Shown here in pieces: positions 24,401 to 36,441 of a DNA stretch of 64,000 nucleotides; position 1 is the first letter of the stretch, and each line of letters begins with the position of its first letter. Origin of the DNA: Okamejei kenojei (taxonomy: Eukaryota); assembly GCA_035221665.1 (NCBI GenBank), contig JAVHYY010000217.1, forward strand, positions 124,001 through 188,000. Reading direction: 5' to 3'. The position numbers and the translations under genes were made by a program. Below the pieces are notes generated by a model. It was not told the DNA's origin. It searched no databases and worked only from the letters and a program-made list of their open reading frames with translations.

Positions 24401-27400
24401 ATTCCCCTGCCACAGGGGCAAGACACGGAACAGCCACTGCCCTTCTGGGCAAAAAGGCACAGGTTATTACTTTCAAACTTGGCGTGCTGATGGTTGGCAA
24501 CTCGCTCTTCTCCGTTTGTGGCCTCTTCTCCTCCCACTCTGAGGGTGGGCTCTGTCCTGTGCTCCTGCCCCATCTCCTCCCCGCGGTGTCCGGGTGTCCA
24601 CTCTCCATGCTGGGGCGAGCCCGGGGCTGCCGGTGCGGTGGGAGCCGGTGCTGATGATGACATCTCCCCGTCTGTACGCCGGCCGGCCGGGTGCTTGCGG
24701 TGTCTCCTGCTGGCGGCTGAGCAGGCCAGCTGCTGCCGGAACTTCTCCTCCTCCTCCATCTTCGCCACGACCAGGGCCTGGGGGGGGGAAGCAGAGGCTG
24801 CGTCAGGGGTAGGGTTTTAAGCACATCAGGAGCAGTGGGGCTGCGGGAGGGGATGGGGGTGGGGGAGGGGGAGGGTGTGGGGGTGGGGGACGGGGAGGGG
24901 GTGAGGGTGGGGGGCTTGCACTGCTCACCTTGGCAGACACCACCTCCTGCTTGGTGCCGCTGATACTGACCACACGCCTGAATCCCACCACCCCGTCACC
25001 TGGGTGCTTTTCACACACGATCTTCGCGCCCGTGGCCCGGCACATGGCACGTATCGACTCTCCACCACGGCCTGCGGACGGGAAGCAACACTGTCACAGT
25101 TTGCACAGGGCCGCTAGAGACCCTCCCAGCCCCCTGCCCCAGTCCCCCCCCCCCCCCACCCGACACATGGCACGGATCGACTCTGTCCCATGACCTGCGG
25201 TGGGAAACAACGCCACCACTGTGTGCACAAGACCACTGGAGCCTTCTCCTCTGACCCCCTCAGCCATCCCCCGCTGCACCAGACCCATCTCTCCCCCACC
25301 CGGCCCAACACATGGCACGGATCGACTCTCCTTCGCGACCTGCCACTTGGAGATGTCGCTCTGACCACCAACCCCTGCCCCACAACCACTGGAGACGCTC
25401 CCACCCATGCACCACCAGGCTGTGGAAGCCCCCTCCTGCCCCCACCCCTGCACCAGGCCGAGAGGTGTGGAGGAGGGGGGGGGGCTGGCACACAGGGAGC
25501 AATGCGGGTCACCTATGATGCGTCCCACTGTGTGAGGGGGGACGTGCAGCTCCTCGGTGACCCTGGCGCCGTGGGCTAGCAGCTGGCGAATGGCCACCCT
25601 GGCCTTGCACACTTGCACGGGGGGGCCCACGATCGTCAGCTTCCTCTCGGCCGCTCCCCCCTCCTCCGCCCACTCCTCGCCGCCCTCCACGTCGATGCGG
25701 GCTCCCGTCTCCCTCCGCAGCTGGGGTGGTTGAGGGGTTATGGTGGGGAGTGGGAGGGGGGATTGGGTAGAGAGTGGATGGGGAGGAGGAGGAGATGGGG
25801 GGGGGGGGGGAGAGAAAGGTTAAAGGGGGTTACAGCAATCTGGTAAAATACACACTCTTCCCCACCCCCCTTCCCAGCACTCTTCTCCACTTAGTTTTAG
25901 TTCTCTCTCTGACCCTCCCCCACCCTAGACGTTGTACTAGTTTCACTGTCGTCCTACTTTGTTTCACTGTTCATATCACCTCATTATCACCGTCTCCACT
26001 GCCACATAACAATTTAAAGAACAATCAATTTGATAAAAGTGAAAGCACGAAGCACATGAAATATTTAAAGCAATACTGCAAACATGAATTATAAAGATTG
26101 CAGGCTTGCCTTACTCCCACAGTTGTAAGGCCTGCACTGAGGTCTCTGATCTGTGCCAAACCCTGGATCATACAGAGGTTTGGGGAGATCTTTTGGAGGC
26201 ATTTAAAAACCACAAAGGGAACAGATAGGCACAGAGTCTCTTACCCAGGGCAGGGGAATCAGGAACCAGAGGACGCAGGTTTAAGGTAAGAGGGGAAAGA
26301 TTTTTCACACACGGTGAATGGGTGTATGCTATAAGATGTCAGAGTTGAGGCAAGTACAATAACATTTAAATACATTTGGACAGGTACAGTGGCTTGTAAA
26401 GGTATTCATACCCCTTGAACTTTTCCACATTTTGTCACGTTACAACCACAAACGTAAATGTATTTTATTGGTATTTTATGTGATAGACAAACACAAAGTG
26501 GCGCATAATTGTGAAGTGGAAGGAAAATGATATATGATTTTCACATTTTTTTACAAATTAAAAACTGAAAAGTGTGGCTTGCAAAAGTATTCAGCCCCCT
26601 TTACTCTGATACCCCTAAATAAAATCCAGTGCAACCAATTGCCTTCAGAAGTCACCTAATTAGTAAATAGAGTTCACTTGTGTGTAATCTAATCTCAGTA
26701 TAAATACAGCTGTTCTGTGAAGGCCTCAGAGGTTTGTTAGAGAACATTAGTAAACAAACAGCGTCATGAAGCCCAAGGAACACACCAGACAGGTCAGGGA
26801 TAAAGTTGCGGAGAGGTTTAAAGCAGGATTAGGTTATAAAAAAATATCCAAAGCTTTGAACATCTCACAGAGCACTGTTCAATCCATCATCTGAAAATGG
26901 AAAGAGTGTGGCACAACCGCAAACCTACCAAGACATGGCCGTCCACCTAAACTGACAAGCCGGGCAAGGAGAACATTGATCAGAGAAGCAGCCAAGAGGT
27001 CCATGGTAACTCTGGAGGAGCTGCAGAGATCCACAGCTCAGGTGAGAGAATCTGTCCACAGGACAACTATTAGTCGTGCACTCCACAAATCGGGCCTTTA
27101 TGGAAGAGTGGCAAGAAGAAAGCCATTGTTGAAACAAAGCCATAAGAAGTCCCGTTTGCAGTTTGCCACAAGCCATGTGGGGGGGACAGCAAACATGTGG
27201 AGGAAGGAGCTCTGGTCTGATGAGACCAAAGTTGAAGTTTTTGGCCTAAATGCAAAATGCTATGTGTGGTGGAAAACTAACACTGCACATCACCGTGAAC
27301 ACACCATCCCCACTGTGAAACATGGTGGTGGCAGCATCATGCTGTGGGATGCTTTTCTTCAGCAGGGACAGGGAAGATGGTCAGAGTTGATGGGAAGATG

Positions 27401-30400
27401 GATGGAGCCAAATACAGGGCAATCTTGGAAGAAAACCTGTTAGAGTCTGCAAAAGACTTGAGACTGAGGCGGAGGTTCTCCTTCCAGCAGGACAACGACT
27501 CTAAACATACAGCCAGAGCTACAATGGAATGGTTTAGATCAAAGCATATTCATGTGTTAGAATGGCCCAGTCAAAGTCCAATTGAGAATCTCTGGCAAGA
27601 CTTGAAAATTGCTGTTCACAGACACTCTCCATCTAACCTGACTGAGATTGAGCTATTTTGCAAAGAAGAATGGGCAAAAATGTCAGTCTCTAGATGTGCA
27701 GAGCTGGTAGAGACATACCTCAAAAGACTTGCAGCTGTAATTGCAGTGAAAGGTGGTTCTACAAAGTATTGACTCGGGGGGGCTGAATAATTTTGCACGC
27801 CACACTTTTCAGTTTTTTATTTGTAATAAAATTTGTAAACCAAAATGTGGAAAAGTTCAAGGGTATGAATACTTTTGCAAGCCACTGTACATGGATACAT
27901 AAGGTGTAGAGGGAGAGATAGGCCAAATATGTGCGGGAATTGCAGTTCGGTGTGGACTCGGTGGGCCAAAGGGCCTGTTTCTGCACTGTATCTCTGAACT
28001 AAATTAAACTATCTCCTAACTTCACCATGCCAGCGTGCCTGGGTGAGAGGGGGAGCTGCTGGGAACATCATTCTTACCTGTTGGATCGTAGAACCCTGCC
28101 GGCCAACGATCAGCTTCACGCTGTCACGAGGAACCTTCATGTCCACGGCGATCTGATTGTCACCCACTAGCACGCAGTGCTCACCTGGAGCAGAGACAGA
28201 GCTAGTGACCATCCATGCACTGCCTCTTTTTTACAAATTTGTAGATTTCAGATTTGTAAACACAGTACTGTCTGACCAGCTGTGTTACTCCAGCACTGTG
28301 TTCAACTGGAGAGGATTCTTACAGGATTGTATTCATTGCCATTTGGTAGAGAATGGGTTAATTAGGATAGTCAGCACAGCTCTTGCTAAGCAACAAATCA
28401 TGTCTGTATGAATTTATTGAGAAGGGGCAGTGGATGTTGTTCATATGGACTTTAGTAAGGCATTTGAAAGGTCCTTCATGTTAGGCTGAACCAGAAGATT
28501 AAGATGGAATGGGTGACGTTTCGGGTCCAGACCCTTCTTCAGACTGAAAATCACGGGAAAGGGAATCGAGAGATGTAGACAGTGATATGGAGAGATAAAG
28601 AACAATGAATGAAATATGCAAAAAAGCAATGATGATAAAGAAAACGGGGCATTGTTTGCTGTGTGTTGGGTGAAAACGAGAAGCTGGTCGACTTGGGTAG
28701 GGGAGCGATGGAGAGAGGGAATGGCGGGGTTACTTGAGGTTAGAAGTTTCACCCAACAAACAGCTTGTCACCTGAAATGTCACCCATTCCTTCTCTCCAG
28801 AGGTGCTGCCTGTCCCGCTGAGTTTTGTGTCTATCTTTAATTTAAACCAGCATCTGCAGTTCTTTCCAACACAAGATTAAGATATATGAGTAGCTTGAAT
28901 TTGGAACTGGTTTACACCTAAAATGTCTGTGGTGGAAGGGTGTTATTCTGCCCAGAGGTCTGTGACCAGCGGTGTTCCTCAGGGATCTTGTTTGTAGACA
29001 GTCAGAACCTTTCTTTCCCCTCAGGGCAGAAATGTTACATAATAGATGGCATAGCTTTAAGGGGTGAGAGGCAAGTTTCAAGGAGATGTGCGGTGTGTTT
29101 TGCTTTTGTATACACAGAATGGTGGGTGTGAGGTATGTGCTGCCTGGGTTGGTGGACTGTGTTTAAGAGGCTTTTAGATCGGCACATAAATATGCAGGGA
29201 ATGGAGGATTATGGAGCACAGGCTGGCTGGGGAGATCATTGTAATTTGGCATAGAGTTGAGCACAGATGCTCCTGTGCTGTTCTATATTCGATATAAAAG
29301 TATTACGACACGTTTGTAGTGCTTGCTATGCACAGAATGTTCACATCACAGTTTTTACTTTCAGTTTAGTTTAGTTTAGAGATACGTCGCGGAAACAGGA
29401 CCTTCAGCCCACCGAGTCCGCACCAACCAGCGATCCCCGCACGCTAACACTACCCTACACACACACACACACGGGACAATTTACATTTCTATCAAGCCAA
29501 TTAACCTACAAACCTACACATCTTTTGAGTGTGGGAGGAAGGTGAAAGATCGTGGAGAAAACCCACGCAGGTCATGGGGAGAACGTACAAACTCCGTACA
29601 GACAGCACCTGGAGTCAGGATCGAACCCAAGTCTCGGGCGCTTCAAGTGCTGTAAGGCAGCAACTCTACCGCTGCGCCACCGTTTCACCCAGATGCCTGG
29701 GTGCGGGGGGAGCGTTAAGTGAAGGTTAGAAAGTTGGGGCTATACCTACTGGAATTCAGAAGTATGAGACGTGACCTTTAATAAATCTAGGGGGGATTGA
29801 CAGGAGGTGATATTTCCCCAAATAGGGGCATCTATAACTGAGGGCTGCTAGTTTCAGAATTTCTTTCACCTGTTTAAGTTGGAAATTAGGTGGGACTGCT
29901 CCTCTCAACTCACTTGAATATTTTATCCCACAGACCATCCCATGGGTCTGCACAGTGGCGCAGCAGTGGAGTTGCTGCATTATGGCTCCAGAGACGCGGT
30001 TCGATCCTGACTACGGGTGTTGTCTGTACAAAGTTCTCTCTGTGATCACTTGGGTTTTCTCCGGGTGCTCCGCTGTCCTCCCACAAGCCAAAGATGTGCA
30101 GGTTTGTAGATTAATTGCTTTCGGTAGAAATTGTTAATTTTCCCTACTGTGTAGGATGTGCTTGTGTATGGGGCGGTCGCTGGTTGGTGTGGACTTGGTG
30201 TGCCGAAGGCCCCGTTTCTTTGCTGTATATTCTAAAGTTTAAAGTATTGTGAAGTGAATGATTGAATATGTTCAAGGTGGAGTCTGATAGACCTTTGCAA
30301 CTAGAAAGGAACCGACAGGTGTTAGGAGATATACTGGTTACCATGAACAACAGAGTAGGCACGAGTCAGCGGGGACAAGGGGTAGTTGCGTGAACACACA

Positions 30401-30548
30401 ATGCAGATGCTTTGCTGCTGCTCTTACCCAGGCTCTCGCTGTATCTCCTGTAAAACACATAGGCCGCGGCAGCACCTGCTGGAAGACCGACAGCCAGCAG
30501 CACCTTCTGTGTTGTGGTCAGGCTGCTCCAGAGACTGTGAGCCGACAT
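15427..30548 (-). CDS. TDRKH: Tudor and KH domain-containing protein (TDRKH/TDRD2, Papi homologue; piRNA 3'-trimming cofactor)
   Basis: Exons: 30428-30548 (MSAHSLWSSLTTTQKVLLAVGLPAGAAAAYVFYRRY, membrane anchor); 28078-28184 (KH1 VKLIVGRQGSTIQQ); 25513-25720; 24929-25071 (KH2 GRGGESIRAMC); 24471-24777; 22947-23113 (PSPDFSF..EVYVSASENPGHFWIQ); 22365-22537 (Tudor GDIVAAP..WYRA..YYVDYGD); 21513-21577 (SDFLSLPFQAVECSL); 19450-19601; 18066-18197; probable last coding exon 15427-15458 (HPPADDEFL*). Collinear with vertebrate TDRKH as I recall it. One phase 0-to-1 exon between 15459 and 18065 is unresolved. Confidence 0.95.
17008..18057. repeat. Minisatellite of about 18-22 bp units (GTGTGTGGGAC(T/C)GG(GCCCC/ACT)) in a TDRKH intron
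   Basis: Directly visible; produces several overlapping spurious ORFs. Confidence 0.95.
18460..19395. repeat. Minisatellite of about 22/27 bp units (CTGTACCTCTGCGCTGCCC(T/A/G)GCA) in a TDRKH intron
   Basis: Directly visible, with higher-order alternation of two unit types. Confidence 0.95.
19635..20720 (-). mobile_element. Penelope-like element reverse-transcriptase fragment in a TDRKH intron
   Basis: FTMDVQSI..SIPHQ..FFLDRR..PSTNTLL.LAEL.LTLNNFSFDSSHFLQVQGV and upstream IKPANxGGA-type motif; frameshifted. Confidence 0.85.
23306..23600 (+). mobile_element. HE1/V-SINE-type SINE
   Basis: GGCACGGTGGCGCAGCGG..GGTTCGATCC head, same body and tail as the other copies. Confidence 0.8.
26387..27887 (+). 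mobile_element. Full-length, decayed Tc1-family (IR/DR type) DNA transposon
   Basis: TIRs CAGTGGCTTG(T/C)AAA..TATTCATACCC..TTGAACTTTTCCACATTTTG at both ends; TA duplication at 26385-86 and 27888-89; inner direct repeats near 26580 and 27777-27800. Confidence 0.95.
26766..27772 (+). pseudogene. Tc1 transposase pseudogene
   Basis: MKPKEHTRQVRDKV..GLGYKKISKALNI..GRPPKLT..WSDETK..PTVKHGGGSIMLW..FQQDND..WPSQSPIENLW..KGGSTKY. Premature TGA near 26892, frameshift near 27345, DLN deleted from SPDLNPIE. Confidence 0.9.
29365..29682 (-). mobile_element. HE1/V-SINE-type SINE (full length)
   Basis: Reverse complement of the same consensus with (TTTAG)n tail. Further copies near 12460-12690, 15648-15910, 23730-24000, 29950-30240, 34415-34670, 35555-35855, 40450-40765, 45870-46110, 48035-48200, 51403-51690, 55000-55230, 60670-60830 and 61407-61690. 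Confidence 0.85.
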
Positions 30549-31599
30549 CGCTGCTCCTGCCGGGCCGACCCAAGACTTGGGTTCGATCCTGACTACGGGT
30601 GCTGTCTGTATGTGGAAAACAAAGTCCCAGTCATAGAGTTGCATAGAGATACAGCGTGGAAACAGGCACTTCTGCCCAACATGTCCCAGCTACACTAGTC
30701 CCAGCTGCCCCGCGTTTGGTCCATATCCCTCCAAACCTGTCCTATCCATGTATCTGTCTAACTGTCTCTTAAACATTGGGATAGTCCCTGCCCCAACTAC
30801 CTCTTCTGGCAGCTTGTTTCATACACCAAACAGCCATTGTGCGAAAATGTTACACCTCAGATTCCTATTAAATCTTTTCCCCTTCACCTTAAACCTATGT
30901 CCTCTGGTCCCCGAATCACCTACTCTGGGCAAGAGAAATGAAGCAATCTGGCACACGGGTACCTTAACCCAACCACATCGGACTGACGGCCAGAATCCAA
31001 CATCACCATGATGGACAACACTAAGACACAGACAGGCAGGTACATGGAAAGGGAAGCAATTTTTACTGCAAATGTTTTGGACATCACTAGTTACTATGGG
31101 AGGCTTTTATCAAGCCAAATATCAATTTATGTCAGCACTCCACACCTACGGTCCAGACCCTCACAACAATACCCTCCATCTTATCCCCTCACTAACCCTG
31201 CCAATCCGCTCTACTCCAATCCCATGATATTCAACTGTCCCCAGCCCTACCTTGTGAAACTCTGAAAGAATCTGAAGAAACTAAATCAATTCCTGCCCTT
31301 TGCATTGCTACAGGGCATCCATCAAAGTTTACAACTGTCCTCCACCTCCCCTCCATCGCATCTAGCCCCGACCCACCCCATCTAGCCCCCTCCCCTCCGC
31401 CTCCAGCCCCATCCCCATCCCCTGGAGCACCCATCCAATGTCCTCCCACTCCTCCAGGCCCCTCCCCTGCCTCCGCTATCGGCCCCATCACCCTAGCCCC
31501 CATCCCTTCTCTCTCCAGTCTCCATCCCTTCTGCTATCCGTTCTATCTCTCTCTCCCTTTCCCTCACCCCTCCCACTGTCCGGCCCTCCATCCCCATCT

Positions 31600-32480
31600 C
31601 AGACGCCGGTACTTCTGCACCTCTCCCTCAGCGGCCTCTCCCCGGGCCTATGTCACCTCACCGCCGCCGCCCCTCCCCGCCCTCCGGCCGCCGCCGCGGA
31701 GCCTCTATACCCCCCCCCCCCCCCCCCCCCCCCCCCCGGGGACCGGGCACGGCACGCCGCCCAATCAGCGGCAGGAGCTGCGGGCACCGAACCAGCCAAT
31801 TAGATTAGAGTGGGCGGGATAGAGCACATGGTGAACCAATCGCCGCGCGCGCTGATGCCTGACCTGTCGGGCCGACCAATCAACGGTGAGACCCCGCTCA
31901 ACGTACGATCGTGATTGGGCGGTTGCTTCCACCAATCACAGTGCGGATGCGGGGGTTAGGTCACGCAACGAGGCGGGGCCTGCGGCCGCCGAGGTGCACA
32001 CTGGGAGATGAAGTCCAATCTCGTCGCCGCGTCGGAGGATCAATTTGACGCCATCGCTGCGCACACGGAGCCTCGCTGGCTTGTTGGCCGGCCGGCCGGC
32101 CCAACCCGCCTTCGCTCCCCGGACTACCTCCAACGGCGGCGTCGCGTCTTTGTGAGAGTTCGCGCGGAAGGTGTGTTTAACGAGACGGTGAGGGACTGCA
32201 GGCCTGGTGCGGGCGGGCGGCTGGGCCGGCGGGCGGCAGTTGGGCGCGCGGCAGTTGCGCGCGCGGGAGAGGTCGTCGTCGTCCCGAGCACCCGGCACGT
32301 GGCACACGGCGCTTCCACGCACGCGCGCCACGCCCCCAGGCGCCAATCACACACCCACCCCGCCCCTTGAGAGCTCCTCCTGTCACTCACTCCGCCCAGA
32401 CCCTCCCCCTCCCCCTGTCAATCTCATGCCCGCAACACCTGTCACTCGATTGGCTCCGCCCCTTGGGCTCTTCCCGTCAG
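31600..32480. promoter_or_regulatory. CpG-island promoter of TDRKH with clustered CCAAT and GC boxes; non-coding exon 1 ends at about 31662
   Basis: CpG-dense. CCAAT/ATTGG near 31761, 31796, 31836, 31876, 31914, 31932, 32343 and 32449; GGGCGG near 31812 and 31917; minus-strand donor GTGAGG at 31661. Confidence 0.8.
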
Positions 32481-32509
32481 TCGTCGTCCCCATACACATC
32501 ACCCATCCC

Positions 32510-33150
32510 CCCCACACATCACACCCCCCACACACATCATCCATCCCCCCCACACATCACTCCCCCCACAACACACATCACCCCCCCCCACACATCACCC
32601 CCCCCCCACACATCACCCCCCCCCCCCACATACATCGCCCCCCCCACATAATCACTCCCCCACACACATCACTCCCCCCACACACATCACCCCTCCCCCA
32701 CACACATCACCCCCTACACACATCACCCCCCCCACACACATCACCCCCCCACACACATCACCCCCCCACACACATCACCCCCCCACACACATCACCCCCC
32801 CCACACACACCCCCCCCCACACACATCACCCCCCCCACACACATCACCCCCCCACACACACATCACCCCCACACGTATCACCCCCACACGCATCACCCCC
32901 ACACACATCACCCATCCCCCCACATTTCACCCCCCCCACACGCATCACCCCCCACACGCATCACCCCCCCCCACATGTATCACCCCCCCACACGCATCAC
33001 CCGCACACGTGCATCACCCCCCCACACACATCACCCCCACACACATCACCCATCACCCCCCACACATCACCCCCCACCCCACATTTAACCCCCCCACACA
33101 CATCACCCCCCCCCCCCACATTTCACCCCCCCCCCACATCACCCCCCCAA
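32510..33150. repeat. C-rich minisatellite (CACACATCACCCCCC)n
   Basis: Directly visible. Confidence 0.9.
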
Positions 33151-35740
33151 TTGTCTCGCTACCTGAGATTCCCCCAACACCCCCCACCTCTCCATCCCCT
33201 TCCTCATCCCCTTCACCCATCTGCCGTTTCCTCCCCACACCCCAGGCACTCGTACGTTATAGGCCTCAGTACACACGACAATAAAGAACTCAACCATCAA
33301 GTCTACTCCACCATTCAATCATGGCTGATCTATCTCTCCCTCCTAACCCCATTCTCCTGCCTTCTCCCCGTAACCCCTGACACCCTACTAGTCAAGAAAA
33401 GGTGACTTCTCCTCACCCCATTCCCAAGTTCGGTCACCCGTCGCCATGCCTGCTCCTCCACCATTGTGTTCCTGTACCACAATACACCGTGCCCTGCCTT
33501 CCCCTATGTGCTCCCCCCTGGTTTCTGTCTCTCTACCACAGCCCTCCTGAAGCCAGGGTGCCTGGGCGTCGAGTCGGAAATCTCCGCACTGAGTTTCTGC
33601 GCAAATGTTTCTTAAAAATTTACTTAATTTACAAACTTTTATACTCTGTACTAAAACGTTAAAGCAACTTAAAACTGTAACCCTAATGTGGCACTTTGGG
33701 ATGTTTTGACACATTAATGTCTTCTGTACGTGCATCGACTAGTCTAACAGAATGGTCTGTGTCCCATTTAAAGCTGCCAGTCTTGGGGAAGGAAATGTGA
33801 AATATGAAATTGGCAGAGACACAGATGATAAACTTATACTCAGACGTGTTAACACAGCTGTTTATTTAAATGGTTGTTTAGGTTTGTTCAGATATTCTGA
33901 TCCCCAATGATGCAATTAGACTTATAAAGTTAAAGCAAAGCTATTTAAAAATGCGGCAGTATAATGTTTTACAATGCAAAGCATCTTAAATGGAAAACAC
34001 TGTTGAAATGCCACGGCCTGTACATTCATAGACAATTTAAGTAAAAGGCAATTTTGTTGTTTGAAGCATCAGCCTGTTGGAAAACATTTCACACTGGCTG
34101 TGGACAGCGAGCAGAAGGGGTATTGTAGGCGGGCGCTGGTCCGGTGCACTCTCAGGCTGGTGCTTCCCTGCCCTGGGCTGTTATCTCAGCTCAATCACCT
34201 TAATGCAATATTCCTGTGCCCCATGTAGTTCCTGTGTGGACACCGGCCCGTGCTCTGCAAGTATGGAGCAGCCTGTGTGAGCGTGGTGTGACTACAACCC
34301 TGGTCTCTCCCCCATTTTGTGTGACAGTGTGAATCTGTCTCTTTAAACTAAGCTGTAAATGCAGCTTCCTGAATTAGTGTGTGTGTCCTTCCTGCCTTCT
34401 GATGGGACATAAGGTGGCATGGTGACGCAGCGGTAGAGTTGCTGCCTCACAGCACCAGAGACCCAGCTTCAAACCCGACTACAGGTGCTGTCTGTATGGA
34501 GTTTGCACGTTCTCCCCGTGACCACGTGGATTTTCTCCAGGTGCTCCAGTTTCCACTCACATTGCAAAGACGTACAGGTTTTAGGTTAATCGGCGAGTAA
34601 AATTGCAAGTTGTCCTTAGTGTAGGCCCATGAGGCTTTTTCCACGCTGTATCATTAAACTCAACTAAACATTTGGATCAGAATAAGGATATTTGGCCCAT
34701 CAAGTCTGCACCATCATTCGATCATGGCTGAGCTATTTTTCCCTCTCAGCCACATTTTACTGCCTTCTCCCTGTAACCTTTGACGCCCTCACTAATCAAA
34801 AAACTATCTCCTCTTTCAAAATACCCAAAGACTTGGCCTCCACCGCCATGGCAATGAGTTCCACAGATTCACCACCCTCTAGCTAAACAGCCTTCAAAAT
34901 GATCAATGGGATTCACTCTGTTTAACGTTGGCAGCCCTGGCAAACTGCTCCTTGTTAGTTGCTCAATGTCCTCCTGGGAATGTCCTGTCCTCCAACAAAA
35001 GGAGTATCCGGCCTTGGCTTATTGTGTTTATTTTTACATTGTTTTACTCAATTTCCTATAAATGTTCCAACTTGATGCGGTTCCCTGCTGGAGGGGGGGG
35101 GGGGGGGGGGGGGGGAGGAGGAGCACTTGGTTTCAGTGCATTGGAACAAATTGAATCCCCCTCCCACTCCCCACATGCACCGCACACCAGTCCAGTAAGA
35201 ACTCTTTCCCCATTACACCAGCAATGAGGCCAGCTTCCCCTCTCCTCTCCTCTACCCCAACATTACCTGATCATGCAGTGTTATATCCTGTTGTCAAGCC
35301 AGTCTGTGGCTACACCAATCTCACAGATCAGATCATTAGCTGCATCCACCCACCACTGCCCATCCCAACAGAATAACTCCATTCACATTTCCCTCATCCT
35401 GTTCCCTCTGTTTGGAAAGTATTGGACCAATTCCCAACAGACTGCAACAGGGCTGCATGGGTGGGATTGGGACCGTATGCGGAAATCAGGGTTGCTGCAG
35501 CAGAGAGAGCCACCGCAGTCGGGCAGACAGTGAACTGATCCAGCATTGACACGGGCCCCTCGGCTCATCGAGTCCACGCTGACCATCAATCACCCGATCA
35601 CACTCGTTCTCTGTTATCCCACTCTCTACACACTATTTACAGCGGGCCAATTAACCCACAAGCCTGCACATCTTTGGGATGTGGGAGGAAACCGGAGCAC
35701 CTGGAGAAAACCCACAGAGTCACAGGTAGAATGCAGAAAC

Positions 35741-35785
<45 letters not shown>

Positions 35786-36441
35786 ACGCACACGCACACA
35801 CACACACACTCAGAGCAGTTGAGGTCAGGATGGAACCCGGGTCTGTGGCACTGAGCCCAGGCTGGCCACCTCAGCGTGGAGGGGCTGGAGGTGAGGGAGT
35901 GTGGAAGCAGTGATGGTGGGAGTGGAGGCAATGGGGTCGGTAGGGGGTGCTGGAGGCCATTAGAGGGAGGGTGTAGAGGCTGTAGCTCGGACAGTGCAGT
36001 GTCCATGCAGGAGTGGGGGCGGGGTGTGGAGCTGTGAGCTGGCACAGTGCAGGGGGAGAGGTAGGTGTGTGGAGCTGTGGGCTGTGGCTGGGACAGTGCA
36101 GTCAGTGACTGTGCAGGCATGGGGGAGGGGGTGTGTGTAGAGGCAGTGGGCTGTGGCCGGAAAAGTGCAGTGTTCGTGCAGGAGGGGGGGCAGGGTGTAG
36201 AGCTGTGGCTGGGACAGTGCAGGGGGAGAGGGGTGTGTGTGGAGCTGTGGGCTGTGGCTGGGACAGTGCGGTTGGAGTCCGTGCAGGGGAGAAGGGGGAA
36301 CGTGATGATTATTGACCAGGCGATGTAGACACTGCAGATGATACATTCAAACTGCTTAGCGTGTTGGACGGGACGCCGACTCAGCGTGTCCATGTTTGAG
36401 CGTGTAGATCCAGTGTAATGTGGTTCCTCCGTGGGCACGGC

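Noticed and set aside
24820-24840. Minus-strand TGC TCC TGA TG, matching the antizyme +1 frameshift site (OAZ3 neighbours TDRKH in mammals)
   Set aside because: Lies in a 151-nt TDRKH intron, with no antizyme ORF1/ORF2 or downstream pseudoknot; coincidental.
32008-33088. Plus-strand ORFs of 120 and 293 aa next to the TDRKH promoter
   Set aside because: CpG-island and C-rich repeat translations with no recognisable domain.
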